64,000 nucleotides of DNA from Patescibacteria group bacterium (GCA_041666845.1 JBAYGC010000006.1:6-64005); one strand, 5' to 3'; positions 38,808 to 48,739 are shown, numbered from the stretch's first letter. Numbers and translations: made by a program. Notes: a model not told the origin generated them from the sequence alone.

Positions 38808-39728
38808 TTATTTTCCTAAGGTTAAGGCTAAAAGCGCTTCGCGTACCCAGAGGCCGTTAGAAGCTTGCTGAAAGTAATAAGCGTATGGGGTGTCATCCAC
38901 CTCATAATTAATCTCGTTTACCCTCGGTAGCGGATGCAAGATACGGAAATTCTTTTTTACATTCTTCAGCAGTTCGTTATTGATAATATAGACGTCTTTT
39001 ACTTTTTCATACTCCATAGCATCGGCAAACCGCTCCTTCTGAATGCGAGTTGCATAAAAGATATCCATCTTCGACATCAGGGATTCCGGACGGGAATGTT
39101 CGGAATATTTTACTTTGTTTGCCTTGATTTCGTTTAAGACGTGCTTCGGCATTTTCAATTCGTCCGGTGAGATAAAGTACAGCCGGCAGTTAAAAAGTGA
39201 CAGGGCATAGGCCAGTGAATGCACCGTGCGTCCGTATTTCAAATCTCCGACCATCGCCACATTCAGGCCGTTCAGTTTTTTCTGTGTTTCCAGTATGGAA
39301 AATAAATCCAGGAAAGTCTGGGTCGGATGCTGGTTGGCACCGTCACCGCCGTTTAAGATCGGGTTATTGGAAACTTCCGCTGCCAATCGTGCCGCACCCT
39401 CCAGTGAATGGCGCATAACGATAACGTCACAATATTTTTCCACAATGCGGATAGAGTCGGACAGCGACTCGCCTTTGGCCGAAGAGCTGGTTTTCGCATC
39501 GGCAAGCGTAATTACCGAACCGCCCAATCTCTGCATTGCTGATTCAAAAGAGAAGCGGGTTCTGGTGGAAGGTTCGAAAAAAAGACTCGCCATGATTTTA
39601 CCCTTCAGTAAATCGGGCTTTGGCGCACTTTTAAATTCTTTCGCTTTTTTGAGCACGTGTAAAATCTCCTGTTTGGAGAAATCGCGGATTGAGATAACAT
39701 CTCTGTTTTTGAAGTTGATATTATTCAT
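38808..39728 (-). CDS. pyrB: aspartate carbamoyltransferase catalytic subunit
   Basis: FFEPSTRTR, HPTQ, GRTVHSL, TRIQKER, HPLPR. Confidence 0.98.
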   Translation of the reverse strand: MNNINFKNRDVISIRDFSKQEILHVLKKAKEFKSAPKPDLLKGKIMASLFFEPSTRTRFSFESAMQRLGGSVITLADAKTSSSAKGESLSDSIRIVEKYCDVIVMRHSLEGAARLAAEVSNNPILNGGDGANQHPTQTFLDLFSILETQKKLNGLNVAMVGDLKYGRTVHSLAYALSLFNCRLYFISPDELKMPKHVLNEIKANKVKYSEHSRPESLMSKMDIFYATRIQKERFADAMEYEKVKDVYIINNELLKNVKKNFRILHPLPRVNEINYEVDDTPYAYYFQQASNGLWVREALLALTLGK

Positions 39729-39744
39729 ATTTTGTCCTTAGGAT

Positions 39745-39823
39745 AAAAAAAATCCCTTTTTCAGGGAATAAATCACCGCGCAATGTATTTTCGAAACAAA
39801 TTGTCGGTGTGGTTGTTAATCAT
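39745..39823 (-). promoter_or_regulatory. pyrL-like attenuator: 16-aa leader ORF, hairpin, terminator
   Basis: ORF 39773-39823 MINNHTDNLFRKYIAR*; terminator TCCCT-gaaaa-AGGGA-T8 (39745-39767). Confidence 0.7.
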
Positions 39824-39833
39824 TTCAATCGCT

Positions 39834-39862
39834 AGTGTAGCAGTTATCAAAAAGGCTGTAAA
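39834..39862 (-). promoter_or_regulatory. pyr operon promoter
   Basis: TTTACA, 17 bp ending TGC, TACACT. Confidence 0.75.
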
Positions 39863-39907
39863 CCCCCTATAAAATCGAGTTTTCCACAGCAACTAGCCAA
39901 ATATAAG

Positions 39908-41398
39908 CTACCCGATGATTTCCTTCAGCATGGTGGTTGCTACCTTCGGATTGACCTTCCCTTTGGTTTCCTTCATCACTTGTCCGACCAAAAACTGCAG
40001 CACATTTACATTTCCCGATCTGAAATCAGCAACTGCCTTTTCATTATCCGCAACAATCTTTTTCACGATCAGTTCAATCTCCGATGAATCGTTCATCTGC
40101 TTCAGATTTTTTTCTTCCACCACCTGTGAAGGATCGGAACCTTTTTCAAACATCACGCGCATCACCAGTTGTGCCGCACTGCTGTTGATCTCTCCCAGAT
40201 AAACCATCTTCACAAGTTCCGCCATATTTTCCGGACTGATTTTAATTTTTTCCGGCTCTATCTGACTTTCCTTTATCAGTTTAAAAAGCTCGGTGGTAAT
40301 CCAGTTCACCGCCATTTGCACTAATTTCTTTTCTGTTTTTTCGTCTAATACCGATTTATCTTCCTGACTTTGTACCCAGGCGATAAGTTCGGTTATCGTA
40401 TCTTCAAAAAAATCGGCGATTTTCTGAGAATAAGTTAAAACTACCGCTTGTGAATATGAGACTCCCAGCTCTTCATGGAATCTTTTTCTTTTTTCGTCCG
40501 GCAGTTCCGGTAGTTTCGCTTCGATACTTCTGACATAATCGTCCGTAAAATGCAGTGGCGCCAAATCCGGTTCAGGAAAATACCGGTAATCATGCTGTTC
40601 TTCTTTACTGCGCTCTTCTTTGGTAATCCCCTGGTCATCCAGCCAGCGCCTAGTAATCAAACGGTCTGGCGGTGTCCCCGCTTCCCAAAGTTTAGTCTGG
40701 CGTTCAATCTCATAGGTCAGCGCCCGTTCCACCCCGCGGAAGGAATTCATGTTTTTTATTTCCGTTTTCGTATAAAACTTCCTTTCCCCTTCCGGCCTGA
40801 GTGAAATATTCGCGTCACAACGCAAGTTACCTTTTTCCATATCAGCATCCGAGATTTCCAGGTATTCCAAGAGCAGTTTCAGATCCGTCAAAAAGATCCT
40901 GGCTTCCGCCGGTGTCCTGATCTCGGGCTCGGTAACAATCTCGATCAAGGGTGATCCCGCACGGTTAAAATCGACCAAACTGTAATCCTCACCAGTAGGA
41001 TGCATCAATTTCGCCGCATCCTCTTCCATATGCAGCCGGGTAATCCCGATGCGTTTTCTTTCATCTCCGATGGTAATAATCAAACGACCTTCCTTGCCGA
41101 CCGGATGGTCAAGCTGAGAAATCTGGTAACCTTTCGGCAGATCCGGATAAAAATAGTTCTTCCGGTCAAATTTGGAGTAATCATTAATCTCACAGTGCAA
41201 AGCCAGCGCCGCAGTTAACGCGCTGTCTACCGCCTGCTGGTTGGTTACCGGCAGTGTCCCGGGATGACCCATGCAGATCGGGCAGATATTGGTATTCGGT
41301 TTGGCGTTATCGCTATTATTGGAACATGCGCAAAACATCTTGCTCTTGGTATTGAGCTGAACGTGAATTTCCAGACCGATGATTGTTTCCAGTTTCAT
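39908..41398 (-). CDS. gatB: Asp/Glu-tRNA amidotransferase subunit B
   Basis: IGLEIHVQL, RKNYFYPDLPKGYQISQ, EIKNMNS, YRYFPEPDL. Confidence 0.97.
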   Translation of the reverse strand: MKLETIIGLEIHVQLNTKSKMFCACSNNSDNAKPNTNICPICMGHPGTLPVTNQQAVDSALTAALALHCEINDYSKFDRKNYFYPDLPKGYQISQLDHPVGKEGRLIITIGDERKRIGITRLHMEEDAAKLMHPTGEDYSLVDFNRAGSPLIEIVTEPEIRTPAEARIFLTDLKLLLEYLEISDADMEKGNLRCDANISLRPEGERKFYTKTEIKNMNSFRGVERALTYEIERQTKLWEAGTPPDRLITRRWLDDQGITKEERSKEEQHDYRYFPEPDLAPLHFTDDYVRSIEAKLPELPDEKRKRFHEELGVSYSQAVVLTYSQKIADFFEDTITELIAWVQSQEDKSVLDEKTEKKLVQMAVNWITTELFKLIKESQIEPEKIKISPENMAELVKMVYLGEINSSAAQLVMRVMFEKGSDPSQVVEEKNLKQMNDSSEIELIVKKIVADNEKAVADFRSGNVNVLQFLVGQVMKETKGKVNPKVATTMLKEIIG

Positions 41399-41410
41399 GA
41401 GGTAATTGTA

Positions 41411-42091
41411 TCATGCATTAATTATTGGTAAAACAACCTCCCACACCTTTTCGTGGATCGCCTCGCGGGAAAGCAGTTCGCCGTTTTCCACGCATTTCAC
41501 AATCTGAAAACCGTATTTTTTCGCCGCTTCCAGATAAGTTCTTTCCGCGTTTTCCAGGTGATTCAGATCCTCCTCGTGGATATCGTGCGTTTTACCCTTC
41601 AAATATTCCCGTGCTTCTTTTTTCCCTACCAACTCCTGTGCGATTTTGGCCGGAACATATAGCAATATTGTGGCATTGGGCCTCGGAATTCCCAGCTGGT
41701 TGTATTCCATGTTATCAAGCCATTCAAAATATTTTGATCTGTCTTCGGCATCTTTAATCTTGCCCCCCTGATGACCCATATTGGATGAAACATACCGGTT
41801 GGCAACAACTACCTTTCCTTCATTCAAACTTCTGCGCAAATCCTTGCTCGCGGAATAGCGGTCCATCGCGTAGAAAAGTGATGCGGTATAGGGATTCACC
41901 TCATCTGCCTTGCCAAATTCGCCATTCAAATAATCTTCCACCATCGCGGCGGAACGTTTGCCGTATCTGGGGAAGTCAGCATATTCTTTTGCGTAACCTT
42001 CTTTTGCCAAACGTGCCAACAGCAAATCCGTCTGGGTCTTTTTACCGGACCCGTCCGTTCCATCCAGAACAATCAGCTTGCCTTTTGACAT
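41411..42091 (-). CDS. tmk: thymidylate kinase
   Basis: DGTDGSGKKTQ, FPRY, NRYVSS; dTTP cluster. Confidence 0.9.
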   Translation of the reverse strand: MSKGKLIVLDGTDGSGKKTQTDLLLARLAKEGYAKEYADFPRYGKRSAAMVEDYLNGEFGKADEVNPYTASLFYAMDRYSASKDLRRSLNEGKVVVANRYVSSNMGHQGGKIKDAEDRSKYFEWLDNMEYNQLGIPRPNATILLYVPAKIAQELVGKKEAREYLKGKTHDIHEEDLNHLENAERTYLEAAKKYGFQIVKCVENGELLSREAIHEKVWEVVLPIINA

Positions 42092-42576
42092 TATTTTTCC
42101 AGTTCTAAAAATGTAAATTGAAGATTCTCATGCCGACCGTTGCCTTTCACTGTAACTTTTTCAAAAGCGGAATAATCCGGAAAGAAAGTATCAGCATCAA
42201 AATCTCCTTTAACAATAGTCAGATACAGTTTATCAGCCAGCGGAAGCGCTTGTTTATAAATCTCCCCGCCACCAATAATAAAGATTTCCTCTCCGCCTTC
42301 CTGTTTTTTTGCAAATTCTATCGCATTTTCGAGTGACGAAGATACAAACCCGCCTTTGGTCGCTTTCAGGTTACGCGATACAATAATATTGGTTCTGTTT
42401 GGTAATGGCCTCCCGATCGACTCGTGAGTTTTTCGGCCCATAATCACCGGGTGACCGGTGGTAATCTGTTTGAACCTCTGTAGATCTTCCGGAATGTTCC
42501 ATAAAAGTTTTCCGTTGCGACCGATAGCGTGATTTTCGGATAGTGCGCAGATGATATTGATATGAGACTTGGACAT
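42091..42576 (-). CDS. folA: dihydrofolate reductase
   Basis: IG....L.W, MGRKT.ESI.RPLPNR, IGGG, DTFFP; ATG at 42576. Confidence 0.95.
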   Translation of the reverse strand: MSKSHINIICALSENHAIGRNGKLLWNIPEDLQRFKQITTGHPVIMGRKTHESIGRPLPNRTNIIVSRNLKATKGGFVSSSLENAIEFAKKQEGGEEIFIIGGGEIYKQALPLADKLYLTIVKGDFDADTFFPDYSAFEKVTVKGNGRHENLQFTFLELEK

Positions 42577-42613
42577 GTTTTTTATATAAAGATTCAGATA
42601 TTTTTCTCTTCCC

Positions 42614-42716
42614 ATCATCCTGAACTCGATTCCCCGTCCGCCTGCTAGCGCAGTCAGCGGGGCGGGCAGGATCCCATTACGATTATATACTAGATTCTGA
42701 AACTAGTTCAGAATGG
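42614..42716. repeat. REP-like element interrupted by a GC-rich hairpin
   Basis: ATCCTGAACTCGATTC[insert ~42633-42667]AGGAT left arm; right arm ATTCTGAAACTAGTTCAGAAT. Confidence 0.7.
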
Positions 42717-42722
42717 TAAACC

Positions 42723-43622
42723 CTAAACTGCTATCTGGGCGACAATCCTCGGGTGCGGATCATAACCCTCTAAATTAAAATCTTCAAACTTAAATTGAAA
42801 TACATCCTTAACATCCGGATTTATTTTCATCACCGGCAGTTTCTTCGGGGTGCGGGAAAGCTGAAGCTTTACCTGATCCATGTGATTATTGTAAATATGT
42901 ACATCACCAAATGTATGGATATAATCGCCCAGTTCAAGTCCGGTCACCTGCGCCATCATCAAAGTTAGAAGCGAATATGAGGCAATATTAAACGGCACGC
43001 CCAAAAATACATCGGCACTGCGCTGATACAGCTGACAGGACAATCTGCCGTTCACCACGTAGAACTGGAAAACAGTGTGACACAGTGGCGGAGCGGATTT
43101 CTTACCTTGAACTAAACTTTGAATATCCGCCACATTCCACCCGCTGACCAGAATCCTTCTGGAGTCCGGATTAGATTTAATCATATCCACTGCATTCTGA
43201 ATCTGATTTATTTTAGTACCATCCGGCGCTTCCCAGCGGATCCATTGCTTGCCGTAAACCGGCCCGAGATCTCCCCATTTTTCGGCAAATCCTTTTTCTG
43301 ATTTAATTTTTTCCACGAATTCATCCAATGTTTCATTCTGATATTCTGGACTTGCTTTATATGTCTCAAACGGCCATTCATTCCAGATTTTTACCCCCCG
43401 ATCCACCAGATATTTGATATTCGTATCACCGGTCAAAAACCATAGTAACTCGTGAATTATCCCTTTCACGAACATTTTTTTGGTAGTCAACAGCGGGAAT
43501 CCATCCTGCAGATTTACCCGCATTTGGTAACCAAAATAACTACGCGTGCCTGTGCCGGTGCGGTCTGATTTGTCGACACCTTTGTCAACAATCGTTTGCA
43601 GTAAATCGAGATATTGTTTCAT
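42723..43622 (-). CDS. thyA: thymidylate synthase
   Basis: [32 protein letters not shown]. Confidence 0.97.
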   Translation of the reverse strand: MKQYLDLLQTIVDKGVDKSDRTGTGTRSYFGYQMRVNLQDGFPLLTTKKMFVKGIIHELLWFLTGDTNIKYLVDRGVKIWNEWPFETYKASPEYQNETLDEFVEKIKSEKGFAEKWGDLGPVYGKQWIRWEAPDGTKINQIQNAVDMIKSNPDSRRILVSGWNVADIQSLVQGKKSAPPLCHTVFQFYVVNGRLSCQLYQRSADVFLGVPFNIASYSLLTLMMAQVTGLELGDYIHTFGDVHIYNNHMDQVKLQLSRTPKKLPVMKINPDVKDVFQFKFEDFNLEGYDPHPRIVAQIAV

Positions 43623-44167
43623 TTCTTTTTACTATTTGATTTCATCATCATTTCATCATAGAAAATTCCGATAATGAAATCATTTTCTAAAACTCCAATT
43701 TTTTTATAAAATTCTTTGATGGCAATAAGAGCTTTTTTTGAATCAGTGTTCATCATCTCAACTTCCATGAATTCGCCAAGTCCCCGCACTTTATCCAGGA
43801 CTATATTTAGTTTACCATATGTATATAATTCTCTTACTTTATCAACAACTACACATTTTACAAAACGTAATTCTTTCAACATTTGCTGAATCAGTTTGAT
43901 ATCAGTGACAGGAAGTTCATACTCCACAGTTTCAAAATGATTTAATGGTTTATGGACTTCTAATGAACCTTTATTTGATCTGCCATCATGTCTTATCCGG
44001 AATTTTAATCTGCTATTTTTTCCGTAAAACTTTTCTCCTCTCGCCGGCGTGTAGTAAATATCTACAATTCTTTTACTTCCTTTTTTTCTTGCCCCTATTC
44101 TTATCAGCTCTTTCTTTATTTTTAAAAGAGAAGCGATTCTTGCTTTAATTTCAACTTCTGTCTGCAT
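43619..44167 (-). CDS. CYTH/class IV adenylate cyclase-like triphosphatase, AT-rich
   Basis: EVEIKA, D.YY, K.R, LD.V.GLG.F.EVE. Confidence 0.88.
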   Translation of the reverse strand: MQTEVEIKARIASLLKIKKELIRIGARKKGSKRIVDIYYTPARGEKFYGKNSRLKFRIRHDGRSNKGSLEVHKPLNHFETVEYELPVTDIKLIQQMLKELRFVKCVVVDKVRELYTYGKLNIVLDKVRGLGEFMEVEMMNTDSKKALIAIKEFYKKIGVLENDFIIGIFYDEMMMKSNSKKK

Positions 44168-44255
44168 TATATTAATACTTACTATTTGTAATAATCTCCA
44201 CTTTGACTATAGAGCGAGTAAACGTTCGACTGAGACTCACACCGACTATTCGCCA

Positions 44256-44291
44256 CCTAATTCCTAACAACTAATCCCTAGACCCTAACCT
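44256..44291. repeat. degenerate heptamer tandem repeat
   Basis: cctaatt cctaaca actaatc cctagac cctaacc. Confidence 0.55.
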
Positions 44292-44712
44292 ACTTACCGG
44301 TGCTGCCGAACCCACCTTCACCCCTGGGTGATTCAGAGAGCTCATCTACTTCCTCAATCTCCGCTGTTTCAATTTTCTGGATCAGGAGCTGTGCTATTTT
44401 ATCGCCTTTATCAATATGAAAATCTTCATCGCCGGCATTATATAAGACTACTCCGTATTCTCCGCGGTATGTATATTCAATCACCCCGCCAAAACCGGTG
44501 ATTCCGAACTTTGAAGCCAATCCACTTTTATCCCAGATCAGCGCCACATATCCTTCCGGCAATTCCAGGGCAAATCCGGTTTTAAAATGGTATCTTTGAC
44601 CCGGTTTTAATATAACATCTTCCAAGGAATAAATATCCAGACCGGCATCACCCGGGTGGGCATACTTAGGGATCTGTAAATCCGGATGCAATCGCTTAAT
44701 TTTTATCTTCAT
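44290..44712 (-). CDS. dut: dUTPase
   Basis: AGLD, KSG, G.I...YRGE, AQL, RGEGGFGSTG. Confidence 0.95.
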   Translation of the reverse strand: MKIKIKRLHPDLQIPKYAHPGDAGLDIYSLEDVILKPGQRYHFKTGFALELPEGYVALIWDKSGLASKFGITGFGGVIEYTYRGEYGVVLYNAGDEDFHIDKGDKIAQLLIQKIETAEIEEVDELSESPRGEGGFGSTGK

Positions 44713-45251
44713 TCGACCAGTTTATCTAACTGTTTATAAAAATCTTCTTTTGTTCCGTCGTTGTCAATAACCACATCCGCCTTTTCAATCATATCCTGTA
44801 TGTGAACCTCTGCTTCCGCAGCACTGTCTTTTTGGAATTCGTCCCAGGTTTTCTCCTCATCTCCCGGATTTTCCGCCCTCTTTACCAGTCGCTCAAAGCG
44901 CGTTCTGGCATCAACCTGTAGACTGACTAATTTAAATCCTGGGATCGCCTTTAGATGTTCAATGTCCGTCCAGCGTCGGACACCGTCAATCACAATTACA
45001 TCGCCTTCAGCTTTTTTGACATCTTCCGCAATGGCTTTTGATAAAATATCCTGCGAAAAATTTTCCCTCAGTACCTGGGAAATATTCTGCAGATTTTCCC
45101 TGGTCTGTGGCAGATACACGCGATCCGCAACATCCCGCAGAATAGTCGAAAAACGGAAACTTTCGGCTCCGTATTTTTCGCTCAGATATTTGCAGGCAGT
45201 ACCTTTACCGCTTGCGATCAACCCTGTAAATCCAAGAACTTTCTTACTCAT
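44709..45251 (-). CDS. P-loop NMP kinase-like protein (dephospho-CoA kinase-like)
   Basis: GLIASGKGT, IDGVR, ADVVIDN. Confidence 0.8.
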   Translation of the reverse strand: MSKKVLGFTGLIASGKGTACKYLSEKYGAESFRFSTILRDVADRVYLPQTRENLQNISQVLRENFSQDILSKAIAEDVKKAEGDVIVIDGVRRWTDIEHLKAIPGFKLVSLQVDARTRFERLVKRAENPGDEEKTWDEFQKDSAAEAEVHIQDMIEKADVVIDNDGTKEDFYKQLDKLVE

Positions 45252-45264
45252 TAACGTTATGTAT

Positions 45265-45807
45265 TTATTTGCTTGTCTTCATCTCCACATCCCCTTCGTC
45301 CGGTTTCATCACTTCTATTTCTTCCGCAAATATTTCCTGTAATTGCTTCTGCCATTCGATATTCTCCTGATAAACTTCCACCTCTATCCCCGCCTCTTTC
45401 AGAAAATCCACGACTTTAGAATTACGGTATACTTTTCCCATAACCACTTTTTTAATACCGGCCGCAATAATATATTTGGTGCAATGAATACAAGGGCTGT
45501 ATTTCATATACAGTATCGATCCTTGAGTATTTGTTCCTGAGATTGTAGCAGCCTGCAAGATAGCATTGTGTTCGCCATGAATAGTTCTCACGCAGTGACC
45601 CTCTTCCATCAGATGCCCTATATCATCGCAGTGCGGTAATCCGGGAGGCGAACCGTTATAGCCGGTGGAAATAATTCTCCGGTCTTTAACCAAAACAGCG
45701 CCTTGATAAAGACGATCGCAAGTACTGCGGGTTCCGATAATTTTTGCAATCGCCATGAAATAATCATCCCATGACGGGCGAACATGCTTTTTGGTTTCTT
45801 TTTCCAT
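45265..45807 (-). CDS. dCMP deaminase (ComEB family)
   Basis: RPSWD.YFM, RSTC, GYNG, HGE.NA, SPC..C. Confidence 0.92.
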   Translation of the reverse strand: MEKETKKHVRPSWDDYFMAIAKIIGTRSTCDRLYQGAVLVKDRRIISTGYNGSPPGLPHCDDIGHLMEEGHCVRTIHGEHNAILQAATISGTNTQGSILYMKYSPCIHCTKYIIAAGIKKVVMGKVYRNSKVVDFLKEAGIEVEVYQENIEWQKQLQEIFAEEIEVMKPDEGDVEMKTSK

Positions 45808-45831
45808 ATTCTTCTCCCTAAAGTTTATGGC

Positions 45832-46515
45832 TTAGGCAACGACTTTAACGCTCGGCCCCATAGAACTGGCCAGATGGACCTGCTTGATGTATGTGCCTTT
45901 CAGTGATTCCGGTTTAGCTTTCTTAATCGCATCCATCAATACCGCGTAGTTCTCTTTCAATTTTTCGTCATCAAAGGAAACTTTCCCGATCATCTGGTGA
46001 ATGTTGCCGGAATCATCCGAACGGTACATCGCTTTGCCGGAAACTAATTCGGAAATAGTTTTTTTCACATCTTTAGTTATGGTATCTGTCTTTGGATTCG
46101 GCATTAAACCTTTCTGTCCCAGAATTTTGGCGATACTGCCCAGATTTTTCATGATCTGCGGTTCAGCAATAGCAATGTCAAAATCGCATTTTTTGGTGGA
46201 TTTTATCTCCTTAATCACTGATTCATCGCCGATAATATCCGCACCCGCCTCTTTCGCCTCTTTTTCTTTTTCCGGAGAAACGAAAGCAGCAATCCGGAGC
46301 TTCTTACCCAGACCGTGAGGAATCAAAAACGTACCTCTGATCATTTGATCCGCTTTTTTGGTATCAATCCCCAGACTGATATGCACTTCTACCGATGAAT
46401 CAAACTTGGTGGTAGATGTTTCTCTGATAATTTTAATCGCTTCCGCAATCGGATACACTTTAGTTTTGTCGATTTTCTTGCTTGCCTCGATGTAACGCTT
46501 GCTCTTTTTGGTCAT
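45832..46515 (-). CDS. rplA: 50S ribosomal protein L1
   Basis: KFD.SVE, PHG.GK, LG.KGLMPNPK, SSMGPS. Confidence 0.97.
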   Translation of the reverse strand: MTKKSKRYIEASKKIDKTKVYPIAEAIKIIRETSTTKFDSSVEVHISLGIDTKKADQMIRGTFLIPHGLGKKLRIAAFVSPEKEKEAKEAGADIIGDESVIKEIKSTKKCDFDIAIAEPQIMKNLGSIAKILGQKGLMPNPKTDTITKDVKKTISELVSGKAMYRSDDSGNIHQMIGKVSFDDEKLKENYAVLMDAIKKAKPESLKGTYIKQVHLASSMGPSVKVVA

Positions 46516-46528
46516 TGTATTTTCCTTC

Positions 46529-46562
46529 GTGGTACAAACCCCCGGTTCTACCGAGGTCCCAC
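46529..46562 (-). promoter_or_regulatory. putative L1-binding mRNA structure
   Basis: GTGG-GA-CCTCGGT-aga-ACCGGGG-GTTTGTA-CCAC just before rplA RBS. Confidence 0.6.
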
Positions 46563-46576
46563 AAGTTAATTATTAT

Positions 46577-47458
46577 TTATTCTTCTAATTTTTTATGAGT
46601 TTCCTGTTCTTTGCGCACTGTCCGCCAGTGGTACCAGAATAATGGAATCCCTAGCAGGATAAACGGCAGATTACGTGCAGCTTCGGTTTGCGTGTTATCA
46701 AATGATGTTTGGGATAGTTTCTGCCAGTTATCATAATCAACAATCCAATCCTTAGCGGTGGTTACAGTTGCTGCGTCTAACTGACATTTATCCGCGCAAT
46801 CAATAATACTCTGAACAGAATTCTTTTCCAGTACCAAGGATGTTTGCTGATCAACTACCTTCTGGTTTAATCTGTCAGCCTCTGATGCAGCGGGAAAAAT
46901 CCATGTTTTAAGTACAAGATTAATCATAATACCACCGGCAATAACAAACATCAGTAAAGCCCCCAGAGAAACGAGGTAGAAATAAATCGGGCGGATTACA
47001 GTAGCTGCACCTTCTTTTTTAGCATCTTTCTGGACAGAACGGAAATGAATGATAAATATCGGCAACGCGATAATCAGGAAAGAGAGTGCCGCCACCGCTG
47101 CTTGTGAATTTTGATAGTTCGGATTATTCGCTGTTTTCTGCCATGCTGTATAACTTTCTTCCCACGAACTGATCATCGTCTTATCTTCATCTGTAATTTT
47201 GCATTCATCTGTACAATCGATATTATCGACAGTTACTCCTACTTTCGGGTCTAACTCATTGAAATAGAGAGTTGGCGGCGGACCAGTACGGTATGGGTCA
47301 TTATTGGCATCAGTTAAAACCCATGTTTTCAAGCCCAGATTAATCAAGGCGATCAAAGAACCGACGACCAGTGCTAGAGTAATAAAAGACGCTAGATAAA
47401 AATATATGTGTCTGATTATATTACCCTTTTTTTGTTTATTCGATTGTTGTTCTTCCAT
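46577..47458 (-). CDS. DUF5671-like membrane protein with internal duplication
   Basis: Two copies of IR.IYFYL.S...INL.LKTW...IDC.D.C...WQK...P.F..H.R. Confidence 0.8.
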   Translation of the reverse strand: MEEQQSNKQKKGNIIRHIYFYLASFITLALVVGSLIALINLGLKTWVLTDANNDPYRTGPPPTLYFNELDPKVGVTVDNIDCTDECKITDEDKTMISSWEESYTAWQKTANNPNYQNSQAAVAALSFLIIALPIFIIHFRSVQKDAKKEGAATVIRPIYFYLVSLGALLMFVIAGGIMINLVLKTWIFPAASEADRLNQKVVDQQTSLVLEKNSVQSIIDCADKCQLDAATVTTAKDWIVDYDNWQKLSQTSFDNTQTEAARNLPFILLGIPLFWYHWRTVRKEQETHKKLEE

Positions 47459-47480
47459 GGGTTTATTTTCGAATAATTAA

Positions 47481-47903
47481 TTATTCAATAGTTATACCCA
47501 TTTGACGGGCGGTGCCTTCAATAATTTTCATTGCACCTTCGATGTCATTAGCGTTCAGATCCGGCATTTTCTTTTCTGCAATTTCTTTGATCTGGGCTTT
47601 GGTTACTTTGCCGACTTTGGTGATTAGCGGATTACCGGATCCTTTTTGGATTCCTGCGGCTTTCTTTAATAACTCGGCAGCTGGTGGAGTTTTTAGGATA
47701 AATGAATATGTCCGATCTTCATAAACGGTTATTTCAACCGGGGTAATATCTCCACCAAGATCCTTGGTTTCATTATTAAACTTGGTGCAGAATTCCTGGA
47801 TATTTAAGCCGTGCTGACCTAAAGCCGGTCCGACCGGAGGCGCTGGATTTGCTTTGCCTGCCGGAATTTGTAATTTGATGACTGTTTTAATTTTCTTAGC
47901 CAT
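47481..47903 (-). CDS. rplK: 50S ribosomal protein L11
   Basis: [22 protein letters not shown]. Confidence 0.98.
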   Translation of the reverse strand: MAKKIKTVIKLQIPAGKANPAPPVGPALGQHGLNIQEFCTKFNNETKDLGGDITPVEITVYEDRTYSFILKTPPAAELLKKAAGIQKGSGNPLITKVGKVTKAQIKEIAEKKMPDLNANDIEGAMKIIEGTARQMGITIE

Positions 47904-47995
47904 TGTTAGATAGATTTATGTTATAAGATTTAAGGTTGAGTTAACAGGTCAAATACATCTAGAAGCAATGCATGATCTGAAAACCTTTAATACTA

Positions 47996-48541
47996 CTAAA
48001 GCTTCTTAATCTGTAGTGAATCCAGCTCGGTAGGCGTTTCCCGGCCGAACATGGAAACCAGTACTTTGACTTTTCCGCGGGCATCATCAACTTCCGAAAC
48101 TTTTCCTTCCATTTCTTTGAAAGGACCATCGGTAATGCGCACTGGATCACCAACCGCCACATCAATCTTGTATTTCGGCTCTTCAATTCCCATTCTCTTC
48201 TGCAGATTCTTCACTTCGTCCTCTGAAATTGGCGTCGGAGTTGTACCGGTTCCCACAAATCCTGTTACGTTCGGCGTATTTCGCACGACATACCATGATT
48301 CATCGGTAACGATCATTTCCACCAACACATAACCCGGGAATATTTTTTCGGTTACTATTTTACGCTTTCCATTTTTTATTTTTATTTTCTTTTCGGTAGG
48401 AATTAAAACGTTGAAAATTTTATCCTCCATATCCATCGATTCGATTCTTTGTCGAAGATTTCGGGAAACATTTTCTTCATATCCCGAATAAGTATGTAGA
48501 ACATACCAGCGTTTTCCATGTTTTGCAGTTTGTTTTGGCAT
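47996..48541 (-). CDS. nusG: transcription factor NusG
   Basis: WYVLHTYSGYE, FPGYVLV, KOW GPF, MFGRETP. Confidence 0.98.
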   Translation of the reverse strand: MPKQTAKHGKRWYVLHTYSGYEENVSRNLRQRIESMDMEDKIFNVLIPTEKKIKIKNGKRKIVTEKIFPGYVLVEMIVTDESWYVVRNTPNVTGFVGTGTTPTPISEDEVKNLQKRMGIEEPKYKIDVAVGDPVRITDGPFKEMEGKVSEVDDARGKVKVLVSMFGRETPTELDSLQIKKL

Positions 48542-48544
48542 AGC

Positions 48545-48739
48545 TTATTTAATTAGTTGCTCAAGCCCTAAATTCAATAGATAATCGGCCAGTCCCAAAA
48601 ACACGGCCACTGATATACTGACCCCGATCACAATCAAAGTATGTTTGATCGCCTCTTTGCGGCTGGGCCAGGTAACTTTCCTTAGTTCGTCTTTCGATTC
48701 CTTAAAGTATCGAAATATCTTATTGTTGGTTACTGTCAT
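48545..48739 (-). CDS. secE: preprotein translocase SecE
   Basis: ELRKVTWPS plus one TM; ATG at 48739. Confidence 0.93.
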   Translation of the reverse strand: MTVTNNKIFRYFKESKDELRKVTWPSRKEAIKHTLIVIGVSISVAVFLGLADYLLNLGLEQLIK

